Source of the DNA: Sphingomicrobium sp.
GTDB lineage: Bacteria > Pseudomonadota > Alphaproteobacteria > Sphingomonadales > Sphingomonadaceae
Reading direction: 5' to 3'
Length of the DNA: 64,000 nucleotides
Assembly: GCA_035261225.1 (NCBI GenBank)
Contig: DATFUB010000016.1
Coordinates: 2,233-66,232, forward strand
Shown here: one piece after another, positions 1 to 8,393 of the stretch
Numbering within the stretch: the stretch's first letter is position 1
Layout of the letters: each line of letters opens with the position of its first letter
The notes under the pieces: model-generated
Seen by the model: only the letters and a program-made list of their open reading frames with translations
Told to the model about the DNA's origin: nothing
Databases searched by the model: none
Translations under genes and position numbers: made by a program

Positions 1-219
<219 letters not shown>

Positions 220-263
220 TCAGCGCTTCGCCGGCTGCCTCGGATTGGGATAAGACCCTTAAC

Positions 264-2003
264 ATGTCAATAAGAAGGCTGCCGCCGGAACTGGTCAATC
301 GCATCGCCGCGGGTGAGGTCGTCGAGCGCCCGGCGAGTGCGCTCAAGGAACTGGTCGAGAATGCGCTCGATGCCGGCGCGACTCAGGTCGCCGTCCGCTT
401 GTCCGCCGGGGGGCTCGAGCTGATCGAGGTCACCGACGACGGCTGCGGCATGGCGCCCGATGAGATGCGCCTTGCGCTCGAACGCCACGCGACCTCGAAG
501 CTGCCCGACGATTCGATCGACCGCATCACCAGCTTCGGCTTTCGCGGCGAGGCGTTGCCGTCGATCGCCAGCGTCGCGCGCTTGCGAATCGAAAGCCGGG
601 TGCGCGGTGCCGACGGGTGGCGAATTGAAGTGGATCACGGCGAACCGGCGGGCGAGGGGCCGGCCGCTCTTCCGCCAGGGACGCGGATTGCGATCCAGGG
701 ATTGTTCGACAAGGTCCCGGCGCGGCGCAAGTTCCTGCGCTCGCCGCGCTCGGAATATTCCGCCTGCCTCGACGCAGTGAAGCGCTTGGCATTGGCGCGC
801 AGCGATATCGGATTCTCGCTCGACCATGATGGCCGGCGCATTCTGACCCTGCAGCCGACCGACGCGCCGGCGCGGGTCGCCGCCTTGCTCGCCCACGAGC
901 TCGACCGCCACGGCGTCGGCATCGACTGCGTCCGTGATGGCGTTCGCCTCACCGGAGTTATCAGTCTGCCGACGTTCAACCGCGGCGTCGCCGACCAGCA
1001 ATATCTGTTCGTCAACTCGCGGCCGGTGAAGGATCGGCTGTTGGTCGGGGCGCTCCGGGCCGCCTATCGCGATCTCATCGCGCGCGATCGGCACCCGATC
1101 GCAGCGCTATTCCTCGAGATTCCGCTCGAGGATGTCGACGTCAACGTCCATCCGGCCAAGACCGAAGTCCGCTTCCGCGATCCATCCTCGATCCGAGGGC
1201 TGATCATTGGCGGCCTGCGCCGCGCGCTCGACGAGGAGAGTCAGCGCAGCGCAGCGCGCGAGCAGGCGGCGGCACCGGTGATGTGGACGTCGAGCCAAAG
1301 CTATACGCCCGAGCCAGGCCTGGAGCTTGGAACCACGGTTCTGCGCGAGGTCCAGCGGGCGTTCGCTCCGGTGCATTTTGCGCCGCTGGGCCGCGCGGAA
1401 CCCGCTGTCGAACCGGTCACCAGCCATCCGCTCGGAGTGGCGCGCGGGCAGATCGCGGCAACCTATATCGTCGCCGAGGCGGAGGACGGGCTGGTGATTG
1501 TCGACCAGCATGCCGCGCATGAGCGGCTGGTGCTCGAGCGCATGCGCGCCGCGCGGGAGGGCGGAGCGGTCGCGCGCCAGGCCTTGCTGATTCCCGAAGT
1601 GGTCGAGCTCGACGAGCCGGATTGCGACCGGTTCGAAGGTGCGATTCCCGAACTTGCTGAGATGGGCCTGGAGCTTGAGCGGTTCGGGCCGTCGGCGATT
1701 CTCGTCCGCTCGGTCCCGGCCGCGCTCGGCAAGACCGATATCCCCGCGCTGGTCGCTGACCTTGCGGCGGAAATCGCCGAACTCGGCGGCGCCTTGTCGT
1801 TGCGCGACAAGCTCGACCACGTTGCCGCGACGATCGCCTGCCACGGCTCCGTCCGGGCCGGGCGGGTGCTGTCGGTTGCCGAGATGAACGCGCTGCTGCG
1901 CGAGATGGAGGTCACGCCGCGCTCGGGCCAGTGCAACCACGGCCGCCCGACCTGGGTAAAACTCGGGCATGGCGAGATCGAAAAATTGTTCGGCCGGAGG
2001 TAA
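264..2003 (+). CDS. mutL: DNA mismatch repair protein MutL
   Basis: MSIRRLPPELVNRIAAGEVVERP, GFRGEALPSI, DVNVHPAKTEVRF, DQHAAHER and CNHGRPT motifs. ATG 264 preferred over 195. Confidence 0.97.
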   Translation: MSIRRLPPELVNRIAAGEVVERPASALKELVENALDAGATQVAVRLSAGGLELIEVTDDGCGMAPDEMRLALERHATSKLPDDSIDRITSFGFRGEALPSIASVARLRIESRVRGADGWRIEVDHGEPAGEGPAALPPGTRIAIQGLFDKVPARRKFLRSPRSEYSACLDAVKRLALARSDIGFSLDHDGRRILTLQPTDAPARVAALLAHELDRHGVGIDCVRDGVRLTGVISLPTFNRGVADQQYLFVNSRPVKDRLLVGALRAAYRDLIARDRHPIAALFLEIPLEDVDVNVHPAKTEVRFRDPSSIRGLIIGGLRRALDEESQRSAAREQAAAPVMWTSSQSYTPEPGLELGTTVLREVQRAFAPVHFAPLGRAEPAVEPVTSHPLGVARGQIAATYIVAEAEDGLVIVDQHAAHERLVLERMRAAREGGAVARQALLIPEVVELDEPDCDRFEGAIPELAEMGLELERFGPSAILVRSVPAALGKTDIPALVADLAAEIAELGGALSLRDKLDHVAATIACHGSVRAGRVLSVAEMNALLREMEVTPRSGQCNHGRPTWVKLGHGEIEKLFGRR

Positions 2004-2013
2004 GCGACCGGCG

Positions 2014-2397
2014 ATGCTTTATCTGATCGTATTCCTCGGGGCCGGAATTGGCGGCGCGGCTCGCCACGGGGTCAACGTCGGCGCGGCGAAGCTGTTCGGC
2101 TTCGGCTTTCCATTCGGCACATTGATCGTCAATTTCGTTGGATCGTTCGCAATTGGCCTGTTCGCCGGTTATTTCGCCTTCCGCCCGGGGATCGGCCAGC
2201 ATATGCGGCTGTTCCTGACGACAGGGTTGCTGGGCGGGTTCACGACCTTCTCTGCGTTCTCGCTCGACACGGCATTGCTGATCGAACGGCATCATTATGC
2301 GTTGGCCGCGGGTTATGTCGCGGGATCGGTCCTGGCGAGCCTCATCGCGCTGTTTGTCGGCCTGGCATTGTTCGAACGAAGGATCCCGTTGCCGTGA
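2014..2397 (+). CDS. crcB: Fluoride efflux channel FluC/CrcB
   Basis: Four hydrophobic segments, GTLIVNFVGSF and GLLGGFTTFSAFS signatures. Start MLYLIVFLGAG at 2014. Confidence 0.93.
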   Translation: MLYLIVFLGAGIGGAARHGVNVGAAKLFGFGFPFGTLIVNFVGSFAIGLFAGYFAFRPGIGQHMRLFLTTGLLGGFTTFSAFSLDTALLIERHHYALAAGYVAGSVLASLIALFVGLALFERRIPLP

Positions 2398-2924
2398 ATA
2401 TCGACCTCATCCCGACCGGCGACGACCCGCCCAACAGCGTCAACGTCATTATTGAGGTGCCGGTCGGCGGCGAACCGGTGAAATATGAGTTCGACAAGAA
2501 GTCCGGCGCGCTGTTCGTCGACCGCATCTTGCACACGCCGATGCGCTATCCGGCCAATTACGGTTTCGTGCCCCACACGCTCTCGCCCGACGGCGACCCG
2601 CTCGATGCGATGGTCATCGCGCGCACGCCGTTCGTGCCCGGTTCAGTGGTTCGAGCGCGGCCGATCGGGGTGCTCAATCTCGAAGACGAGCATGGCGGCG
2701 ACGAAAAGCTGATCTGCGTGCCGGTCGATTCGACCTTCCCGTATTACACCGATGTCGGCGAGCGGCAGGATCTGCCGTCGATCGTGCTCCAGCAGATCGA
2801 ACATTTTTTCACCCACTATAAGGACCTCGAACCCGAAAAATGGGTGCGTGTCGGCCATTGGGGCGACGCGGAGGAGGCAAAGCGGATCGTGATCGAGGCG
2901 ATCGAGCGCGCCAGTTCCGCTTGA
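2394..2924 (+). CDS. ppa: Inorganic pyrophosphatase (family I)
   Basis: KYE, YPANYGF, DGDPLD, DEKL and HFFTHYKDLE motifs. GTGA overlap with the crcB stop. Confidence 0.97.
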   Translation: MNIDLIPTGDDPPNSVNVIIEVPVGGEPVKYEFDKKSGALFVDRILHTPMRYPANYGFVPHTLSPDGDPLDAMVIARTPFVPGSVVRARPIGVLNLEDEHGGDEKLICVPVDSTFPYYTDVGERQDLPSIVLQQIEHFFTHYKDLEPEKWVRVGHWGDAEEAKRIVIEAIERASSA

Positions 2925-2980
2925 AACAAGACATTTCGGCCGATCTCGGCTAGAGTGCGCCTTCCCGCGGGAGTGGCGTT

Positions 2981-3154
2981 ATGGACGGCAACGATCGGAT
3001 TTATTTCGCGCGCCGCGCCGCCGAAGAGCAGGAACTGGCGATCGCCGCCAGCGATCCCAGTGTCGCGAAAGCACATCAGGAAATGCAACGGGCCTATCTT
3101 GAGCGGGCCAGCGTCGGAGAACGACCGCAACCTGTGTCCGACCCGGTCGGCTGA
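2981..3154 (+). CDS. Small helical protein, 57 aa (below the ORF-track cutoff)
   Basis: Hand translation gives MDGNDRIYFARRAAEEQELAIAASDPSVAKAHQEMQRAYLERASVGERPQPVSDPVG. GGGAG lies 7 nt upstream, and the ORF fills the ppa-ilvC gap. Confidence 0.75.
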   Translation: MDGNDRIYFARRAAEEQELAIAASDPSVAKAHQEMQRAYLERASVGERPQPVSDPVG

Positions 3155-3157
3155 GGC

Positions 3158-4132
3158 TCAACCCTCGATTTCGCGCACTTTTTCGAACGTTTTTTCGAGC
3201 AATGTTTGGCGATTGTCCTCGCGCGCCCGTTCGAGCCGGGCGTAGCCACTCGCTTCTTCCTGGCTGAGCTCTGCGGCAAACTGGCCCGCGCGAACCTCGG
3301 CGAGGATCTCTGCCATGCGCGCCCGCACGCCATCGTCGACGATCCGCGTTCCGCCCAATGTCGCGCCGAGTTCGGCGGTGTTGGAGATGGCTTCGCGCAT
3401 CCCGGCAATGCCGCGCTCGTCGATCAGCTCGGCGATCAATTTCAATTCGCCGACACATTCGAGCAGCGCCACTTCGGGTGAGATTCCGCCGGCGACCAGA
3501 GTCTCGAACCCCGCGATCAGCAGCTCGGGCACGCTGCCCCACACCACCGCCTGCTCATTGAACAGATCAGCTTCTGCTTCCTCGGCGAAGCTCGACGCGA
3601 TGAGGCCGGCGCGGCCGCACCCGATCGCGCGGCCATAGGCGAGGGCAATGTCGCGTGCGTTCCCGGTCGAATCCTGGTGAACCGCCCATAACGCGATCAT
3701 CCCTTTGCCCTCGCGGTAGAGCGAACGCAGCGCCGTACCTGGTCCTTTCGGCGCGAGCAGGAAGACGTCGAGGTCAGCGCGCGGCGCGATGAAACCGAAC
3801 CTAATCGACAGGCCATGGCTGAAGCCGAGCGCCGCGCCGTTGCGCAAGTTGGGCTCAATTTCGCGGTACAGCGCCGCGTGAATCTCGTCCGGAGCGAGCA
3901 TCATGACGACGTCGGCGCCACCGACCGCATCTTCGAGCAGAGCAGTGGTTAGGCCGGCCGCTTCGGCTTCAATCGTGCTGCCCGAACCACCGCGCAGACC
4001 GACAACCACGTCGATCCCGCTGTCGAGCAGGTTGAGCGCCTGCGCGCGGCCCTGGTTGCCATAACCGAGAATCGCCACCCGCTTGCCGGCGAGCGGGGCG
4101 GGATCGATGTCGGCGTCGCGCAATAATTCCAT
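3158..4132 (-). CDS. ilvC: Ketol-acid reductoisomerase (diverged)
   Basis: GYGNQG Rossmann motif, APDE, HG, APKGPG, DLFNEQ, EC..E.KLI and ISNTAE motifs. Confidence 0.88.
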   Translation of the reverse strand: MELLRDADIDPAPLAGKRVAILGYGNQGRAQALNLLDSGIDVVVGLRGGSGSTIEAEAAGLTTALLEDAVGGADVVMMLAPDEIHAALYREIEPNLRNGAALGFSHGLSIRFGFIAPRADLDVFLLAPKGPGTALRSLYREGKGMIALWAVHQDSTGNARDIALAYGRAIGCGRAGLIASSFAEEAEADLFNEQAVVWGSVPELLIAGFETLVAGGISPEVALLECVGELKLIAELIDERGIAGMREAISNTAELGATLGGTRIVDDGVRARMAEILAEVRAGQFAAELSQEEASGYARLERAREDNRQTLLEKTFEKVREIEG

Positions 4133-4141
4133 GGGGGCCGA

Positions 4142-5062
4142 CTAGGCGCTTGCGGTGAGCAGTTCCAGCGTGCGTTCGTCGGGCCCATCCCTGAATCGTG
4201 GCCACGCATCGGGCGGCTGGTGCGCGAACCATGTATATTGGCGCTTGGCGTAGTTCCGTGTTGCTTGCTGACCTGCGGCGATCGCCTGACTCAGCGAACA
4301 TTCGCCGCGCAAGTGGCTGGCAATTTCGCGCACCCCGATCGCGCGCATGACCGGAAGGCTGGGGCTGAGCTTCCGAGCGAGGAGTGCCTCCACTTCCGCG
4401 ATGGCGCCCAACTCGATCATCCGCGAGAATCTTTCGTCGCAACGGGCGTACAGCCAGTCGCGGGGCGGCAATAGGATCAGGGGCTTCAATTCGACTCGCT
4501 CGCCGATTCCGCCTTCGCGCTGCTTTTGCCACCCGCCGAGCGGCTTGCCGGTCGACACCACAACTTCGAGCGCGCGCGCGATGCGAGTGGAGTCGCCTGG
4601 GTTGAGGCGTTCCGCACCGTCGGGATCGAGCAACCGCAGCTTGCCGTAATTCTCGTCGACCGACGCTGTGCGCACTTCTGCACGGACGTTGGGATCGATC
4701 GCCGGCACCGGCGCGATCCCGTCAAGCAGGGTCCGCAGATAAAGGCCGGTGCCTCCGACAAGGATCGGCTGACGTCCCGCCGCATGGACATCATCAATTT
4801 CGCGCCGCGCCATCTCCGCCCAATCCGCAGCGGAGCAGGGCAGGACGCCGTCGAGGACTCCGAACAAACGATGCTCGGCGCGAGCGCTCTCGTTTTCCGT
4901 CGGAGCCGCGCTGAGGATCGGCAGGTCGCGATAGATTTGCGCACTGTCGGCATTGACGATCACCCCGCCGGTGCGCTCGGTAAGCGTCAGCGCAAGAGCC
5001 GACTTGCCGCTGGCGGTCGGCCCCGCGATTAGAGCGACAGGAGGATTCGGACGAGGACCCAT
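4142..5062 (-). CDS. miaA: tRNA dimethylallyltransferase
   Basis: GPTASGKS, NADSAQIYRDLPILSAAP, VGGTGLYLRTL, RAIGVRE and TRNYAKRQYTWF motifs. ATG 5062 is the start nearest the P-loop. Confidence 0.96.
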   Translation of the reverse strand: MGPRPNPPVALIAGPTASGKSALALTLTERTGGVIVNADSAQIYRDLPILSAAPTENESARAEHRLFGVLDGVLPCSAADWAEMARREIDDVHAAGRQPILVGGTGLYLRTLLDGIAPVPAIDPNVRAEVRTASVDENYGKLRLLDPDGAERLNPGDSTRIARALEVVVSTGKPLGGWQKQREGGIGERVELKPLILLPPRDWLYARCDERFSRMIELGAIAEVEALLARKLSPSLPVMRAIGVREIASHLRGECSLSQAIAAGQQATRNYAKRQYTWFAHQPPDAWPRFRDGPDERTLELLTASA

Positions 5063-5948
5063 GGCAATCGCGACGCTGATAGCAGCCGGACGTCTGGATG
5101 ACAGGCTGGTCGATCGCGCCCTCGGCCTGCTGCGGGAGTTCGATCCGCAGGCGAGCTTCGGGCACTGGATCGACGAGGGCGACGCGGCGGACCTGCGCTT
5201 CACCGGCGATCTCAAGAGCGCGCGCTGGGCGTTGCAGGCGCTCCCGGACGTGGATTTTGTGGTCCAGCCCGACGAGCCGCGATGGAAGCGGCTGCTCGTC
5301 GCCGACATGGATTCGACGATCATCGGCCAGGAATGCATCGACGAACTCGCCGATTATGCCGGCCTCAAGGACGAGGTCGCGCGGATCACCGAGCGCGCGA
5401 TGCAGGGCGAGATCGATTTCAGTGGCGCGCTACGGGAGCGGGTCAGGCTGCTTGCCGGGCTCGACCAGAGCGAGCTTGCGCGGTGCCTTACGGAGCGCGT
5501 GAAGATTACCTCCGGCGCCGAGACGCTGATCCAGACGATGCGTGCCGGCGGCACTAGCTGCCTGCTGGTTTCGGGCGGTTTCCTGTCCTTCGCGGAGCCG
5601 ATCGCGCGGACGGTCGGGTTCGACCGGGTCAGGGCCAATCGTCTGATATTCGCCGGCGGTAAACTGAGCGGCGAAGTTGGCGACCCGATCGTCGATGCGA
5701 TGAGCAAGTATGAGGCGCTGATCGAGGCGCGCGAGCAGCTTGGCCTGTCCCGTGAAGACGTGCTGGCCGTCGGCGATGGGGCGAATGACAGGCTGATGAT
5801 CGAGGAAGCCGGGCTCGGGATCGCTTACAAGGCCAAGCCGGCCCTGGCCGAGGTCGCGGACGCCGAATTGAAGCACCATGGGCTCGACGCTTTGCTATGG
5901 GTCCAGGGCGTGCGGCGGCGCGACTGGTTCCGCGGCAAGGCTATTTGA
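5061..5948 (+). CDS. serB: Phosphoserine phosphatase
   Basis: HAD motifs ADMDSTII, VSGGF, K and GDGANDRLM, plus ECIDELAD. Start MAIATLIAAG at 5061. Confidence 0.95.
   Translation: MAIATLIAAGRLDDRLVDRALGLLREFDPQASFGHWIDEGDAADLRFTGDLKSARWALQALPDVDFVVQPDEPRWKRLLVADMDSTIIGQECIDELADYAGLKDEVARITERAMQGEIDFSGALRERVRLLAGLDQSELARCLTERVKITSGAETLIQTMRAGGTSCLLVSGGFLSFAEPIARTVGFDRVRANRLIFAGGKLSGEVGDPIVDAMSKYEALIEAREQLGLSREDVLAVGDGANDRLMIEEAGLGIAYKAKPALAEVADAELKHHGLDALLWVQGVRRRDWFRGKAI
5076..5104 (-). promoter_or_regulatory. Possible sigma70 promoter for miaA inside the serB coding sequence
   Basis: The minus strand reads CTGTCA-N17-TATCAG, ending 13 nt before the miaA ATG. Confidence 0.35.
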
Positions 5949-6870
5949 CTGCGAAGCAGGCCTGGCCCTTCAGCGCACTACACGCGGCGCTGGCTGAGGC
6001 ACGGGATTCAAATGGACCGACCTGAAGCCGGGTAATCGCGCCGACCGGAATGTAATAGGCCTGGCGCCCAGCCAGGGCGCCATTGCCCGACAATTTACGG
6101 AACAAGGCCTCGGCCGACGATCGCTGCGAGAAGGCGCCGAGCTGGATGCGCCAGGCGCCGGATGCCGCCACGGCCGGCTTGGTCGGTTGAGGCTTGGCGG
6201 CAGGTGGCGGCGTCTTTGCCACCAAGATCGGTGTTTTCGCCGCTACGGGCAGAGTTTTCGTAACCGGTTTGGCGGGTTTCGGTTCGGTCTTCGTGGCTGG
6301 AGCGGGAGCGGTTTTTGCCTTGGCAATCGCTAGCGCGACACCTTTCTTGCGTTCGGCGAGCGGGAGGATCTGATCGAGCTGGGCGAGGGTGTCCTTGGCC
6401 GCCGGAAGCCCCTGGGCCGCGGCGCGGCTGACATAGGCGTAGCCCAGGACCGGGTCCTGGGGTGCACCGTCACCGTTGAACAATGCGGTGCCGTAAACCA
6501 GCATGGCCCGCGGCTCGCCTTTTTCCGACGCGGCCTTGAGCCAGCGCAATCCGGCGATGCGATTGCCGTTCTGGAACAGCAGCAGGCCGAGGGTGGTCTC
6601 GGCGTCGAGGTGGCCCTTTGCGGCCGCCCGTTCGAACGAGGTTTGCGCAGCGGCAAGATCGAGCGGGACGCCCCGCCCGAGCCGGTAGGCCTGGCCGAGA
6701 TTGAACGCAGCGTCGGCGTCGCCGCTCTCGGCGAGGGGCCGCCAAATTGTCACGGCGGCGGCATAATCGGACCGCTGCCACGCTTCGATGCCCGCCTTTA
6801 CTGACTGGGCGGAAACCGGCGCAGCGACCGAAGCGATCGCCATCCACACAGCTAAATACTTGTAACGCAT
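5941..6870 (-). CDS. Secreted Sel1-repeat protein with C-terminal SPOR domain
   Basis: Signal peptide, Sel1 repeats (AAFNLGQAYRLGRGVP, AETTLGLLLFQ, AMLVYGTALFNGDG), a Pro/Lys/Ala linker and a SPOR domain starting WRIQLGAFS. Confidence 0.9.
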   Translation of the reverse strand: MRYKYLAVWMAIASVAAPVSAQSVKAGIEAWQRSDYAAAVTIWRPLAESGDADAAFNLGQAYRLGRGVPLDLAAAQTSFERAAAKGHLDAETTLGLLLFQNGNRIAGLRWLKAASEKGEPRAMLVYGTALFNGDGAPQDPVLGYAYVSRAAAQGLPAAKDTLAQLDQILPLAERKKGVALAIAKAKTAPAPATKTEPKPAKPVTKTLPVAAKTPILVAKTPPPAAKPQPTKPAVAASGAWRIQLGAFSQRSSAEALFRKLSGNGALAGRQAYYIPVGAITRLQVGPFESRASASAACSALKGQACFAVK

Positions 6871-6936
6871 GCTTTATCGCACCTCCACCCAAGTGTAGCC
6901 GAGTTGGTCCAATCGGCAAATACAGTCGTATTGATG

Positions 6937-6951
6937 TTAACCAGATTTTAG
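6937..6951. promoter_or_regulatory. Near-consensus CtrA box between the divergent Sel1-SPOR and parA-like genes
   Basis: TTAA-CCAGATT-TTAG, one mismatch to TTAA-N7-TTAA. Confidence 0.6.
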
Positions 6952-7006
6952 AGCCTTGGGTGTCACTTCGGCCAGTGAACTGACGTCACAGGGCGAGGGG
7001 AAAAGC

Positions 7007-7726
7007 ATGCGCGTTCTGGCAATGGCATCGCAGAAGGGCGGGTCGGGTAAGACGACTCTGTCCGGGCATCTTGCGGTGCAGGCGCAGCTGGCGGGCGCTG
7101 GGCCCGTCTGCCTGATCGACATCGATCCGCAGGGTAGCCTGGCCGATTGGTGGAACGAGCGCGAAGCCGAGATGCCGGCCTTTGCTCAAACCACGGTCGC
7201 GCGCCTGGCGTCCGACCTCGAAGTGCTTCGCCAGCAGGGCTTTCGCCTTGCGGTCGTCGATACGCCGCCGGCCATTACCATGGCGATCCAGAGCGTGATC
7301 GCGGTCGCCGAGCTGATCGTCATTCCCACCCGTCCGAGCCCACACGACCTACGCGCCGTCGGCGCCACGGTCGATTTGTGCGACCGCGCCGGCAAGCCGC
7401 TCATTTTCGTCGTCAACGCTGCGACGCCCAAAGCGAAGATTACCTATGAAGCCGCCGTCGCGCTGTCGCAGCACGGCACCGTCGCTCCGGTCACGGTCCA
7501 TCACCGCACCGATTTCGCTGCCTCGATGATCGACGGGCGCACGGTGATGGAGATCGACCCGAACGGGCGCTCCGCCAACGAGATCGTCGAGCTGTGGGAG
7601 TATATCTCCGACCGGCTCGAGAAAAACTTCCGCCGAACTGTGTTTGCTGCGCCGGGTGCGGCGCAAGCCAGTTCAGCTAGTCCGCGTCCAGTCGGCGGCT
7701 TCGGCCGTCGGGTGGTTGGCCAGTAA
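7007..7726 (+). CDS. ParA/MinD-family ATPase (short, ParF-like, no N-terminal HTH)
   Basis: Deviant Walker A KGGSGKT, IDIDPQGS (switch I) and VDTPP (Walker B). Start MRVLAM at 7007 after GAGGGG. Confidence 0.93.
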   Translation: MRVLAMASQKGGSGKTTLSGHLAVQAQLAGAGPVCLIDIDPQGSLADWWNEREAEMPAFAQTTVARLASDLEVLRQQGFRLAVVDTPPAITMAIQSVIAVAELIVIPTRPSPHDLRAVGATVDLCDRAGKPLIFVVNAATPKAKITYEAAVALSQHGTVAPVTVHHRTDFAASMIDGRTVMEIDPNGRSANEIVELWEYISDRLEKNFRRTVFAAPGAAQASSASPRPVGGFGRRVVGQ

Positions 7727-7738
7727 GGGGGCGCACAA

Positions 7739-8389
7739 GTGAACAGCGAACCCAAGCCTTTCGCCTCTCTCTCTTCGGGATTGCTCGCTCGCAAGGGCGC
7801 GGCCCGTCCCGCCATGCGTCCCCAGGGCTTCGGCCAGGGTGCGGCCGGTCTCGAGGACCTCGGCTGGAACGACATGGGCTTTGAACCGCCCAAGCCGGCA
7901 GTCGTGCCGATCCGCGACGCCGACCATGACGCGTTCGGCGAGGAAGTCGATGATCATCCGAAGGTCCATCCGACGGGCCTGACGCCGGTTCATTCGCCGG
8001 TTCACACACAGCATGCCGAGCTTGCCGGCCGGCTTGGCGTCGACGAGCCCGAGGAATTCGACGAAATCGTCGACGAGACCGCCGAGCCGATCGAACACGA
8101 GCCAGCGCCGCTCGAAATTGAGCCGGCGCCGATTGAAATCGAGCCGACGCCGGTTGCGATCCTGCCAACGGTTCCGCGGCGGACGCCTGCGCCGCGCGCG
8201 GCTCCGGGTAGCAAGAGCAAGGCGGCGTTCACGCTGCGGCTCGACCCGGATCGTCACCTCAAGCTTCGCCTCGCCTGCGCGGTCAACGCCCGCTCGGCGC
8301 AGCAGCTGGTGACCGACGCGCTCGATCATCTGCTCGGCGACATGCCTGAACTCGAAGCCATGGCCGAGAAGGCCAAACGCAAGGGATAA
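7739..8389 (+). CDS. Putative ParA partner: basic N-terminal peptide, acidic Pro-rich linker, C-terminal ribbon-helix-helix-like domain
   Basis: N-terminal LLARKGAARPAMR and C-terminal KAAFTLRLDPDRHLKLRLACAVNARSAQQLVTDALDHLL (beta-alpha-alpha pattern). GTG start 12 nt after the parA stop. Confidence 0.75.
   Translation: MNSEPKPFASLSSGLLARKGAARPAMRPQGFGQGAAGLEDLGWNDMGFEPPKPAVVPIRDADHDAFGEEVDDHPKVHPTGLTPVHSPVHTQHAELAGRLGVDEPEEFDEIVDETAEPIEHEPAPLEIEPAPIEIEPTPVAILPTVPRRTPAPRAAPGSKSKAAFTLRLDPDRHLKLRLACAVNARSAQQLVTDALDHLLGDMPELEAMAEKAKRKG
8099..8161 (+). repeat. Imperfect 21-bp tandem repeat, three copies (EPAPLEI/EPAPIEI/EPTPVAI)
   Basis: gagccagcgccgctcgaaatt / gagccggcgccgattgaaatc / gagccgacgccggttgcgatc. 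Confidence 0.85.
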
Positions 8390-8393
8390 TCCG

